Source: a virus
Taxonomy: Duplodnaviria > Heunggongvirae > Uroviricota > Caudoviricetes
Length of the DNA: 64,000 nucleotides
Strand: one strand, 5' to 3'
Virus record (IMG/VR): IMGVR_UViG_3300049215_000070
Position numbers and translations under genes: made by a program. Shown here piece after piece: positions 36,041-44,923 of the stretch. The notes beneath the pieces are model-generated. The model searched no databases, was not told where the DNA came from, and saw only the letters and a list, made by a program, of their open reading frames with translations. How positions within the stretch are numbered: position 1 is the stretch's first letter; the number at the start of each line of letters is the position of its first letter.

Positions 36041-39000
36041 CAAATACCGCGGCGTTCTTGGGCTTACCGGGCACGCCGCTCAGTCCACCGCAGCGAACAT
36101 CGCGGGCGGACTTGTGGGCCTTGGAAACCTTCCCAGAGGCATAGACGCCGCTGAGTCTGCCCGTCAGCTGATTACCGACAAGCTTTCCCCAGGAGAACCC
36201 GACTCGCAAACCATTGGCCTGATACGGGACATCGCCCCGGCCTACCTGGCCGCGGCGCGCAGCCCGGTCGCCAAGGCGGCGCACGCCGTCGGGGACGCGT
36301 ACGACAAAAGCGTCGACACCTACGCCGACTTAGCGTCGCGCTACCTGGGCGCCCCGGCTGGGGGTGAGGTGGCCGCATTGGGCGCCGCGCTGCCAAACGC
36401 CGCCTTTCCTGAATCAAAAGCCGCCAAAGCCACCGAGTACGCCGCCCCCGCCGCCGAATTGCTGAGCAAGTACCCGGCGACCCCGGTGCTGCCAGACGGC
36501 TCGACCCTGCGCACGCTGGCCCGTGAGGGCGCCGCAAACGCCCGCAGAGCCGACGAAGGCTTACCCCCTCCCGATGTGCTCGCAAGCGATTTCGCAGGCA
36601 GGCAGGCCGCGCACGAGGGCGCCGTGGCGCAACGTAACGCGGACCCGGCGTACATCAAGGCCAAGGTACCGGCCACGAGCGTAGACCCGTCATTGTACCC
36701 ATCTAGTTTTAGCCCGCCGGACAACGCGGAGGCGTACGTCGCCATGGATCCGCAAACCGGGCAGCACATCGGGCATGTGACGTTCGTCAAGCGCGGTGAC
36801 GGCGTATCCAGCTTGCGCATGGACGTCGCCCCCACTTATCAGGGGCAGGGCATCGGCAGCGACTTGCTGAATGACGCCATTGCAAACGCGCACGACCAGG
36901 GCCTGCCGTACCGGTCAGACACTCAGGTAAGTGTTCCGGCAGCCAAAACTTACAGCAAGCTTCCCGGGGCGATCCGCAACGAGGACGTGGATCACATGAT
37001 TGACCCGAATGACGGTCACGTCGGGGTATCCAGCAACGGTCGCGCGGTGTTTGAGATTCCGCCGAGTGCGGATGCGGACGACGCGACACCGGACGAGATG
37101 CCGCACTTCAACCCGAACAGCTACATCGGCAGCCAGGCGTACGCCGAGGGCGGTGAGGTTGCGCCTGCATTGGGGGACATTGGCGACCTGATTGCGCGCT
37201 ACGCAACCAAACCGCTGCCCGGGTTACCTGCCAAGGTGCAGGTGCCGGGAGTTGGCGGACTAGAGGTTGGTCCAAACCCCAAAATCCGCCAGGTAGCGCA
37301 AAATTACATGGACGAGGTCGGAATCAAAAACCCGCCTCAGCCCATTTACGCCAAGGCCGACCCGGTGCGCGGTAAAGCGATTGCCGCCGCCTACGACGCC
37401 GCGCAGCACAACCCCAGCGACCCGGACGTCAAGGCCTCGTACGACGCGCTTATCAAGGAAACCTTGGCGCAGTATCAGCACATCAAAAACGCAGGACTTA
37501 AGGTAGATCTTATTCAGCCCGGTCAGGCTGACCCGTACGCCGCCTCGCCGCGACTCGCGGTAGAGGATATCAACCGCAACAACCACATGTGGGTATTCCC
37601 GACGTCAAGCGGATTCGGTACCGAGGGCGCGGCGCCGATGGATCACCCACTGCTGGCGGATAGCGGCGAAACAATTAGCGGGCAACCCGCAACCGCGAAC
37701 GACATTTTTCGGGTAGTTCACGATTATTTTGGGCACGCCAAGGAAGGAGTCGGATTTCGCGCCGATGGCGAAGAGAACGCCTGGAATCAGCACGCGCGCA
37801 TGTACTCGGATCTAGCCAAACCGGCGATGACCGCAGAGACGCGCGGGCAGAACAGCTGGGTGAACTTTGGTCCTCACGCCGACGCGAACAAAGGCGCGAG
37901 CGCCGCCAGCACCGTGTACGCACCGCAGAAGGCTGTCATTTTGCCGGATGTTTACAATGATCCCGACGCCGGACGGACGATGGATTTTTTGCACATGTCC
38001 AACCTGACAGACCCGCAGGTTACGCTTGACCCTGCGGCGTACGGCACAGGCATGAAAGGCGCTGAGGCGCGCAGGGGCGGAACCAAAACCATCAGCCTGT
38101 ACCCTGCGAACATAGACCCCAAGGATATCGAGCTGCCGCTGCAAGGAAAAACACCGTACCGTGTCTCGGTTCCCGCGAGCCAGATGTACGACATGTCGAA
38201 CGATCCGCTAGGATACCGCTCGATAACGCCCAGCTACAGCGACGCCGAGGACGCCATCAGGGGTGCGGGATGGGCCGGGTATTACACACCGGATCACGAA
38301 GACCCAAGACAGCGCGGGCAGGCGCGGCTGTTTGTGCCGACGACCGCGACACGCCTTGACCCCATTGACGCGCCCGGGCCAACGAAAGCCGCCGCAGCGA
38401 AAAGCAGCGGCTTGTACGACGACACACTGGACACCTCAGATTTCTCTACCGGTGGCCTGGTTCAAAAATACGCCGACGGAGGTGAGGCAGCGGTCGCGCT
38501 CGATGATGTCGCAAACCTTATCGCCAAGTACGGCAAAGATGCCGCCCCAGCGCAAGCGGAGCATCTCGCGAATGCGGTCTCCGAGAACGGCTCCGCTACC
38601 TACAACCCAACCACCGGAGACGTCCACAGCAGCGGCTACGCCGTTCCGCACGATATTAGCCGCAGTGTCGCCCTAGACGCGCCGCCTACCGCGGGCGACA
38701 TCCATGACTTCATGCTGCAAAACCAGGACGCATTCGACAACCCGAAGGCGGCAGTTCACGTCGAGAGCGACGGTAACGGCAATCACTTCATCCACGTCGC
38801 TCACGTCGAGCCAGATTTTGATAGCGCAATGGCTGCCGCCAAGGCATTCGACGCGCCGGGAGTACGCGAGCTTCATACTGGCAACAATTTTCCTGCTGAT
38901 GGTCCCGCCGGGATCAGCGATGATGCGGATACGGGGATAGAGGATTACTTGGCGGGATCAAAGATACCAGAGACAAACCTACCGGCGGAACTGGACACAG

Positions 39001-40127
39001 AGCGCAATCAGAGACCAAGGACGGCGTGGAAATATGGGAAGCCAACGGTTGATCCTGCGCAACGGGTGGCTTTTCCGGGGATCTACAATGATCCTCGTCA
39101 GGTGATTCAGGATGCGAATTCAATGGTTGGTCCAGAAGAACCTCTGCTTGAGAGATTATTCGGCGTAAATCGTCAAGATCTATCCGACATCGCATTAGGT
39201 CGGCAAGGAAACGAAATCGGGACTCTTCCTGGGGCAAAGCCTGGATCGACTGGAGCCGCCTCAGCGCGAGCAGTAATGACTCCGCAGAACGAGCAGCGTC
39301 TGATAGACGTTCTGAACGAAGCTCGTGGAACGCCGTTACACACGGGTATGACTGGTTGGTATTCAATGGACCCTCTCTATGAAAGATTTAGGCAAATATT
39401 TGGTGACGAGGACGCGCCAGCTAAGTACCAGCAATTCAATACTCTTTCTGGAATGGCGTCTCCGGGGTCAGACGTGGGAACTGAGATTGCGCGGGGGACA
39501 TCTGCAAATTGGCTGCAAAACCAGGGACGCTTTGCTGATTTCCTAAAGTACTCTGGGGTTGCAAACGATGAGCGGGCAGGGATTCGCGATTACCCTCAGG
39601 ATATTCTCGATGTTCCTGGGCATGCGTACCACAAGACGGCGCATGCTCTGCCAATGAGCCAGTACCTGTCTTCTGGTGAGATCCAGATGAAGTCCCCGAA
39701 GGTTCCAATGTACATTGGGGCATCAGGGGTACCAGAGACTGGATTTCAATCAGATATGCCAGTAGGCGACGCCCACTGGGCGCGCGGAGTAGGTCTAGCC
39801 GATACCCGGAACCCTCGCACTTTGAAAGGAGAAAGCATCGTCCCGGGTTCGTCGGCATCGACTCCAGAAATGCAGACACTTGGTCCTTGGTGGCGAGATC
39901 GGGTGGCAGCTCAAGCCGGATATGGAGCCGTTCCAGCTCAGGCGACCGCTTGGGGGGTTTTCGCGCCGTATACAGGCGTAACATCCAACATAGGGGCGCC
40001 GAAACTAGAGATACTATCGACTCAGATAGGAAAACTAGCCCAACGGCTAGGGGTATCACCAGAAACAGCCAGGGATCTTGTGATCCAGGGTAAAGCAGGG
40101 GCGTACTCATCAGGAGGCTCCGTCTAG
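36018..40127 (+). CDS. giant virion protein (1369 aa) containing a GNAT acetyltransferase motif and an internal duplicated YA(D/E)GGE(V/A)..L.D...LIA(R/K)Y segment
   Basis: VAPTYQGQGIGSDLLNDAI is GNAT motif A (about 36820-36880). Duplicated segments at about 37139 and about 38469. First ATG at 36018. The ORF extends upstream to 35967 with no ATG. Confidence 0.6.
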   Translation: MDPQTLIDKYRGVLGLTGHAAQSTAANIAGGLVGLGNLPRGIDAAESARQLITDKLSPGEPDSQTIGLIRDIAPAYLAAARSPVAKAAHAVGDAYDKSVDTYADLASRYLGAPAGGEVAALGAALPNAAFPESKAAKATEYAAPAAELLSKYPATPVLPDGSTLRTLAREGAANARRADEGLPPPDVLASDFAGRQAAHEGAVAQRNADPAYIKAKVPATSVDPSLYPSSFSPPDNAEAYVAMDPQTGQHIGHVTFVKRGDGVSSLRMDVAPTYQGQGIGSDLLNDAIANAHDQGLPYRSDTQVSVPAAKTYSKLPGAIRNEDVDHMIDPNDGHVGVSSNGRAVFEIPPSADADDATPDEMPHFNPNSYIGSQAYAEGGEVAPALGDIGDLIARYATKPLPGLPAKVQVPGVGGLEVGPNPKIRQVAQNYMDEVGIKNPPQPIYAKADPVRGKAIAAAYDAAQHNPSDPDVKASYDALIKETLAQYQHIKNAGLKVDLIQPGQADPYAASPRLAVEDINRNNHMWVFPTSSGFGTEGAAPMDHPLLADSGETISGQPATANDIFRVVHDYFGHAKEGVGFRADGEENAWNQHARMYSDLAKPAMTAETRGQNSWVNFGPHADANKGASAASTVYAPQKAVILPDVYNDPDAGRTMDFLHMSNLTDPQVTLDPAAYGTGMKGAEARRGGTKTISLYPANIDPKDIELPLQGKTPYRVSVPASQMYDMSNDPLGYRSITPSYSDAEDAIRGAGWAGYYTPDHEDPRQRGQARLFVPTTATRLDPIDAPGPTKAAAAKSSGLYDDTLDTSDFSTGGLVQKYADGGEAAVALDDVANLIAKYGKDAAPAQAEHLANAVSENGSATYNPTTGDVHSSGYAVPHDISRSVALDAPPTAGDIHDFMLQNQDAFDNPKAAVHVESDGNGNHFIHVAHVEPDFDSAMAAAKAFDAPGVRELHTGNNFPADGPAGISDDADTGIEDYLAGSKIPETNLPAELDTERNQRPRTAWKYGKPTVDPAQRVAFPGIYNDPRQVIQDANSMVGPEEPLLERLFGVNRQDLSDIALGRQGNEIGTLPGAKPGSTGAASARAVMTPQNEQRLIDVLNEARGTPLHTGMTGWYSMDPLYERFRQIFGDEDAPAKYQQFNTLSGMASPGSDVGTEIARGTSANWLQNQGRFADFLKYSGVANDERAGIRDYPQDILDVPGHAYHKTAHALPMSQYLSSGEIQMKSPKVPMYIGASGVPETGFQSDMPVGDAHWARGVGLADTRNPRTLKGESIVPGSSASTPEMQTLGPWWRDRVAAQAGYGAVPAQATAWGVFAPYTGVTSNIGAPKLEILSTQIGKLAQRLGVSPETARDLVIQGKAGAYSSGGSV

Positions 40128-40340
40128 CTTATCTGTGGTATCAGACTGTGATCGCAATTTAAGCGAAGCCGATTTGACTTTCTCTTTCGTGACCCCGGCA
40201 CCGTCATGCCAAACATCAATGCAGACCGGCAAGTCAACCCGCTAAACATTAATCGACACCGAGATACCGGACCTGGCGTGTCGCACACGTCACATACTGG
40301 CGACTGATACAAGCCAGCCCATACTGCCTCTCTCATGGCT

Positions 40341-40553
40341 TCACTTCTCCGCTCCGGGGTTGGCCTTAGAGCGCGACTGAACCGCATCTGCAGCCGCGTC
40401 ATTAATCATATCTAGCATCATGTCGTCAGACTGATTTACAAGCTTCGACCAGCGTCGGTATTGACACATACAAAAAAAAGAAAACGCCACAAAATACGCG
40501 GCGTGAAAAGCCACTACGCCGCACCAAAAACCGACCCAAAACAAATCATGCAT
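40341..40553 (-). CDS. small membrane protein (70 aa)
   Basis: AGGAG RBS before ATG (MHDLFWVGFWCGVVAF...). Confidence 0.45.
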   Translation of the reverse strand: MHDLFWVGFWCGVVAFHAAYFVAFSFFCMCQYRRWSKLVNQSDDMMLDMINDAAADAVQSRSKANPGAEK

Positions 40554-40554
40554 A

Positions 40555-40812
40555 TCAATCTCCTGTTGACTCATCCCTCACCGCAATTGGATTTATGTAT
40601 CGAAACTCGTACTCTTGCGTGGCCCGGTTAAAGCTGAAATCTACGCTTGCGCCTCTGATTTGCTCGATAACCGCCACGGGTACGGAGAATAACCGATCCG
40701 GCTGGGTAAAAGCAATAGCGGCCATGATTGACATCATGTCGCGAAGGCGCACCTCCATCTCGACCACGCTCTGCGTCAGCTCGCCCGCGGTCGGGAATTT
40801 TGTTTTTTCCAT
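40555..40812 (-). CDS. hypothetical protein (85 aa)
   Basis: Minus-strand gene train. Confidence 0.45.
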   Translation of the reverse strand: MEKTKFPTAGELTQSVVEMEVRLRDMMSIMAAIAFTQPDRLFSVPVAVIEQIRGASVDFSFNRATQEYEFRYINPIAVRDESTGD

Positions 40813-40981
40813 TACGGGGTACCTACCGCAGGGTCGGTGTCATCTACGGTGGGATCTTCATCAATAAACCACATGTCGCAAAAAAGGCACGGAATCATGC
40901 CGTTTTCATTTGGCTTACCGGCTAAAAATCGAGGGCACGGGCTGGCGCACACGTTATCCGCGAACACGATAAATACCCCAA

Positions 40982-41224
40982 TTATTCATACCTTGCCCCT
41001 TTGAATTTGCATGCTTTGCATTTTACGCGCAGTTTTGTAGGGCTGACGGACTCAACCTGCCCCGTATCATAAAGCATCCCGCCGCACTCTGGGCACAGCA
41101 GCCCGTTTGTGTAGGCCTCTGGTCTTGACACCCTGTCGCGCACATCGTGCCAGTAAGCTTCTCTGCGCGCGTTCCAGTGGTTGAGGTTGGTCTTTGTGTC
41201 TACGACGGCAAATCTCCAGTTCAT
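40982..41224 (-). CDS. zinc-ribbon protein (80 aa)
   Basis: CPECGG...CKACKF motif. ATGA coupling with the upstream gene. Confidence 0.45.
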   Translation of the reverse strand: MNWRFAVVDTKTNLNHWNARREAYWHDVRDRVSRPEAYTNGLLCPECGGMLYDTGQVESVSPTKLRVKCKACKFKGARYE

Positions 41225-41319
41225 TTGGCCGCACCAATCGCCAATCCCATTACCAGACCGCACGCGACCGCGGCAATGTAAAACAGCCACAGCAGCGTCG
41301 TCTTCATGAATGGCGTCAT
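41221..41319 (-). CDS. tiny membrane peptide (32 aa)
   Basis: Perfect GGAGGA RBS 4 nt before ATG. MTPFMKTTLLWLFYIAAVACGLVMGLAIGAAK. Confidence 0.5.
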   Translation of the reverse strand: MTPFMKTTLLWLFYIAAVACGLVMGLAIGAAK

Positions 41320-41327
41320 ATTTCCTC

Positions 41328-41753
41328 CTAAAATTTGAAGCGTAGACCCACCGACAAGTTGTGAGCGACGTATCCGGTCTCGACCCCGATGCTTATTGCC
41401 TCCCATCCGGTAATGACCGCAGAGGGCACGTCGTTTGATACCATTTCATAAGTAATCGCGGCATGAAGCCCCGCCACCGCCAACCCGTAGGCGGCAATCG
41501 TACCGGCGCTGGGGCGCGACCCTAGCAGCGGATTGTACTCGACAAACTGCGTCGCCGGACGGTACCTGATGTCGTTCGTGGTCAACATGTCCGCCAGAAG
41601 CGCGGCGTCGAAAGCGTACTCCAGCTTGGGCTGCGTCTCAAAAAAATTCCCGTAGTGATCGTCGGCCTTAGCCTGACCGCAAAGAAACACAAGCAGCAAA
41701 ATCATCGCACCCATGGCGATCACGTTTTCGATAAAAGTATCACGGCTATTCAT
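41328..41753 (-). CDS. secreted or outer-membrane-like small protein with signal peptide and C-terminal aromatic (…GLRFKF)
   Basis: N-terminal MNSRDTFIENVIAMGAMILLLVFLCGQAKA signal-like sequence. C-terminal Phe is typical of OM beta-barrels. Confidence 0.4.
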   Translation of the reverse strand: MNSRDTFIENVIAMGAMILLLVFLCGQAKADDHYGNFFETQPKLEYAFDAALLADMLTTNDIRYRPATQFVEYNPLLGSRPSAGTIAAYGLAVAGLHAAITYEMVSNDVPSAVITGWEAISIGVETGYVAHNLSVGLRFKF

Positions 41754-41934
41754 GTCATCTCTCCTTGGTTATTACGCACATATATCCTAACACAGTGGCT
41801 GGAGAAGGCCTTAAACGAGCACAAGCTACCCCAGACCCATACCGGCATCGCCTGGGATGCCAGGGCTGAGAAAAGGCCTGCAGCAAGCGGCCTAAGGGTA
41901 CCGGCGGTGAAATGTTATGAGCGCTCAACGCCGA

Positions 41935-42405
41935 CTATCCAATCAAGCCCTTGGGCCGGTCATCACCTTCAGTGTACGTTTTCGAGTATAGCTGCAGCAT
42001 TCGCACGTTACAGGCGACATGCGCCAGGTGAGGCAAACCAGACTCAGGGTCCAGTTCTTCGCCGCGCTGCCACGCCGCCAAATGCCGCTGGATGCACGCA
42101 AAAGGAATCGACCAGGCCATACCTTTTGTCCAGTTCCAGGCGGCGTATTTTTTCTTTCCGTACTCCCACACCCGGGCTTCATCTTCGAGCGTCACCAAAG
42201 GGATCAGGCTAAAATCAGGCTTGCCAGCGTTGTAGCGGGCGCCGCTTCCTTTCTCTTTGCTGTTGACGTCACCGACACCCGCAACCTGCGACTGAGAAAT
42301 CAATGTAGGCGATAGCGCCTCAATCGCAATCACACCGGGAATTACCGTGGTTGATTTCAGCGCCTCTTTGTAGGCGTCGTATCCGGCGTCTCCTGCTATG
42401 CTCAT
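41935..42405 (-). CDS. dATP/dGTP pyrophosphohydrolase-like (DUF5664-type) protein
   Basis: KPDFSLIP...KKKYAAWNWTKG...C..RHL..W..GE motifs recalled from the phage dGTP_diPhyd_N family. Confidence 0.45.
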   Translation of the reverse strand: MSIAGDAGYDAYKEALKSTTVIPGVIAIEALSPTLISQSQVAGVGDVNSKEKGSGARYNAGKPDFSLIPLVTLEDEARVWEYGKKKYAAWNWTKGMAWSIPFACIQRHLAAWQRGEELDPESGLPHLAHVACNVRMLQLYSKTYTEGDDRPKGLIG

Positions 42406-42629
42406 TTTGCCTCGAATATTTTGAGTTTGTTGAAAGCACGCCGGATCACGTACTGCCGCGCCACGCTAACCAGGGTGAATAATACCCCAATCTCGGCATT
42501 TTTTGTGAGCGACAGCGTGTTGAATCCGAACAGCGGGAGGATGCACAGGTTGGCAATGAAGTTCACCGTGTAGCCTATAGCCAGGTTGACTGCCACTTCA
42601 GTAACGCTGCCTCTTTTGGTCTGGCTCAT
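42402..42629 (-). CDS. small membrane protein (75 aa)
   Basis: ATGA coupling. Two hydrophobic segments. Confidence 0.45.
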   Translation of the reverse strand: MSQTKRGSVTEVAVNLAIGYTVNFIANLCILPLFGFNTLSLTKNAEIGVLFTLVSVARQYVIRRAFNKLKIFEAK

Positions 42630-42964
42630 GCGGTTTCCCGTTTGCGGGTGCCGCGGCGCGTCTCGATCTTAGCGATGTTGGCGCGCATAATGTCCCCTAG
42701 TTCAATCTGGTACGTGCGAGCGATGCGGCACAGGTAGTGCAAAACGTCCCCAAGTTCCAGGGTCAGCGCGGCCCGATCAACCGGCCCGTCGCCGCGAATG
42801 TTTTTCTTGATATGCTCGCTCACTTCGCCAGCCTCACCCACAAGCCCCAGCGTCATGATTGCTAGCTCGCGCAGCGAATCTTCAGCGGTCGCGACCTTAC
42901 GAGTCCATCCCGCTTCGACCCAGTCGCAGAAGTTTTCAACAGTTATGTCCTGATAGGGTTGCAT
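42626..42964 (-). CDS. mazG: MazG-like nucleoside triphosphate pyrophosphohydrolase
   Basis: LGLVGEAGEVSEHIKK and ELGDVLHYL, the hallmark MazG EEXX(E/D) motifs. Confidence 0.7.
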   Translation of the reverse strand: MQPYQDITVENFCDWVEAGWTRKVATAEDSLRELAIMTLGLVGEAGEVSEHIKKNIRGDGPVDRAALTLELGDVLHYLCRIARTYQIELGDIMRANIAKIETRRGTRKRETA

Positions 42965-43348
42965 TCAAATCTCCGTATTGAGCAGCTCTCGGTCGAGATC
43001 CACGCCAGCGAACTGCGGCAACAACCGTGGAATTGCGGCAAGCGCCGCATTGTAGAATTCGTTGAATTCGTTCTGGTCCATCTTGGCCCAGCTTATTGAC
43101 ACCGGCTTGAAAGCTACCTTGTCACCTTCAAGCTGTATGCTGTCGACGTACCCGGCCTGCACCATTACCGCAAACCTCAGCGCCTCTTGACTGAGATACT
43201 TGTCCTGGTTGGAAAACACCAACCGAAGGAGACCAAAAAACTTGCGATGATGGCCGGGGTTGCGATCCTTCTTGCACGTGGCACGAACCACCTCCCCGGT
43301 CCCCAGCGCCGCTATGTACTCCTCGCCAACGCCGTCAATCGGCTTCAA
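42965..43348 (-). CDS. phage protein of unknown function (DUF1367-like)
   Basis: NPGHHRKFFGLLRLVFSNQ resembles a family recalled from lambdoid phages. Confidence 0.4.
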   Translation of the reverse strand: MKPIDGVGEEYIAALGTGEVVRATCKKDRNPGHHRKFFGLLRLVFSNQDKYLSQEALRFAVMVQAGYVDSIQLEGDKVAFKPVSISWAKMDQNEFNEFYNAALAAIPRLLPQFAGVDLDRELLNTEI

Positions 43349-43368
43349 TGTGCCGCCGAGCGTTTTTG

Positions 43369-43587
43369 TCAGGTAGATGTCGATGGCGTCACCTCGTACG
43401 TGCCAATTTCAGTGACGCGCACCTCGCGATTTCGGTTGTCGATAAACGCGTCGCATTCTTGCGCGCCATCAAACTCATACGGTGGCTCGTGAAAATAAAT
43501 CTGCAATACTCCTGGTTTCGCGGTATGCCGGTAGCAATCCAGCTTGCGCGGGCACATTCCACCAAAGCACATCGAGATGTCAGGCAT
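43369..43587 (-). CDS. small Cys-containing hypothetical protein (72 aa)
   Basis: ORF in the gene train. Confidence 0.4.
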   Translation of the reverse strand: MPDISMCFGGMCPRKLDCYRHTAKPGVLQIYFHEPPYEFDGAQECDAFIDNRNREVRVTEIGTYEVTPSTST

Positions 43588-43757
43588 TACAGCACCAAAC
43601 CTGAGGCCACGCCTTCCGCTTCTAAGACGCGAAGGTCATTTGCGGCATCAGACACACCGTGCCAGTCGGCCACCTCGGTCTTGTGCTTAAGGTATTCGAT
43701 CAAAGCGTCTCGGGCGGCAAAGTACTTGTCGACGTTGGTAAACACGTTAGATGCCAT
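43587..43757 (-). CDS. small hypothetical protein (56 aa)
   Basis: Internal ATG (MASNVFTNVDKYF...) of ORF 43587..44021. Confidence 0.35.
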   Translation of the reverse strand: MASNVFTNVDKYFAARDALIEYLKHKTEVADWHGVSDAANDLRVLEAEGVASGLVL

Positions 43758-44034
43758 CGGTGGCCTCCGTTTGCTTTTGGAGTGCGGCCCAGGCTGCTGC
43801 CTCTTTTCGCTGCTCTGCGCCACGTTGCTGTCGCTCGCGCAGTCGGATATACCAAAAAGCTCCCCAGGAGTTTCGACCTTTGGCGCGTGCCTTAGGGGTT
43901 GGTCGGCGATAGGTGTGCCCTTCGCGGTCGACCACGTAATCGAACTGGCCCTCGGCAGGAGTTGGTTTGCCGTCGGTCCCGAGAGCCATTCTTGGCACCA
44001 CAACGAGTTCTTTGGAGACATGCAGATAATTCAC
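43747..44034 (-). CDS. basic hypothetical protein (95 aa)
   Basis: First gene after the predicted minus-strand terminator. Confidence 0.4.
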   Translation of the reverse strand: MNYLHVSKELVVVPRMALGTDGKPTPAEGQFDYVVDREGHTYRRPTPKARAKGRNSWGAFWYIRLRERQQRGAEQRKEAAAWAALQKQTEATDGI

Positions 44035-44059
44035 AAACGCGCCTCGATAAATTTAGCAA

Positions 44060-44102
44060 TTTGCGCAAAAGACAAGCCGCTGTCGTTTTTTATTGCCAGC
44101 GG
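44060..44102 (-). terminator. candidate rho-independent terminator (minus strand) after the SSB-like gene
   Basis: Minus-strand read CCGCTG-(15-nt loop)-CAGCGG followed by CTTGTCTTTTGCG. The loop is long. Confidence 0.3.
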
Positions 44103-44116
44103 TACAGGACGCTATA

Positions 44117-44848
44117 TCAAAACGGTATACTGGGATGACCAAACGCCGGGTCATCATCGCCAAAATCGTCATCGCTTCCCGGCTCCCGAGCGCCAGGCTT
44201 TTTCGCGTCGAGCGGCTTGCCGTTTTTCTTTGTCGTGATCCGGTTGTCGATCTTTTCGCGAAGAAACTTGGGCAGCTTCTGGTAGACGCTGTCGTCCGGC
44301 TCGTCCGCGTTGAACGTCAGCAACGGGTTGTGAGGCTCAGCGGATATCGTTCCCGCAACGATTCCATCCTGCTGAATCTTCAGGATCTTGCCAGCGCTGG
44401 AGATGTTGGCGTAGGTTTTGTCGCCCTTCGTCTTGTGGATCACGCCAAGGTTGCACACCTTGCCCAGCAGCGAGGTAACGTCAAACTCCTCGCCCTCTTC
44501 CTTGGTAAATTCCTTGCCGCGCCAATTCGATATAAACGGCCCCAGGTTCGACTTATCGCCAATGTTGAGCGTAAACTCGCGCCCAATAATGGCAGGTCCC
44601 TTGACCTTCTCGCCGTTCTTTTCGTACTCGATCTGAATGTCGGGTATCTCAAAGCGTAAGTAAACCTTTGGCTGCTCCTTGGTCTCGCCGTCGAATGTCA
44701 CGGCCTGAATGCCGAGGTAGTAAACGCCCACGCAGATCGCGAAGTGCGTGCCAGCGGGGACCAGTTCGAAATCTTTCCCGCTGCTTTTTGAAGATGCTTT
44801 GATCGGTGCGTGTGCCACTATGGTTGTTCCTCGTATGTTCGTAGCCAT
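44117..44848 (-). CDS. ssDNA-binding-like protein (DUF669-like) with acidic C-terminal tail ending ...DDDPAFGHPSIPF
   Basis: C-terminal acidic tail ending IPF mimics the bacterial SSB DDDIPF tip. N-terminal region resembles the phage DUF669 family. Confidence 0.5.
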   Translation of the reverse strand: MATNIRGTTIVAHAPIKASSKSSGKDFELVPAGTHFAICVGVYYLGIQAVTFDGETKEQPKVYLRFEIPDIQIEYEKNGEKVKGPAIIGREFTLNIGDKSNLGPFISNWRGKEFTKEEGEEFDVTSLLGKVCNLGVIHKTKGDKTYANISSAGKILKIQQDGIVAGTISAEPHNPLLTFNADEPDDSVYQKLPKFLREKIDNRITTKKNGKPLDAKKPGAREPGSDDDFGDDDPAFGHPSIPF

Positions 44849-44923
44849 GTAAAATATTCGGGATCATCTGCGAGCATGCGCTGCTCGTCTTTTTCTGCCT
44901 GATGCCAGGTCGCGTCGTTGTAA

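Noticed and set aside
40811-40981. Small Cys-rich minus-strand ORFs (28-46 aa) between 40812 and 40982
   Set aside because: They are below 60 aa, start codons are ambiguous (GTG), and there is no clear RBS. They may be real Zn-ribbon peptides but are unsupported.
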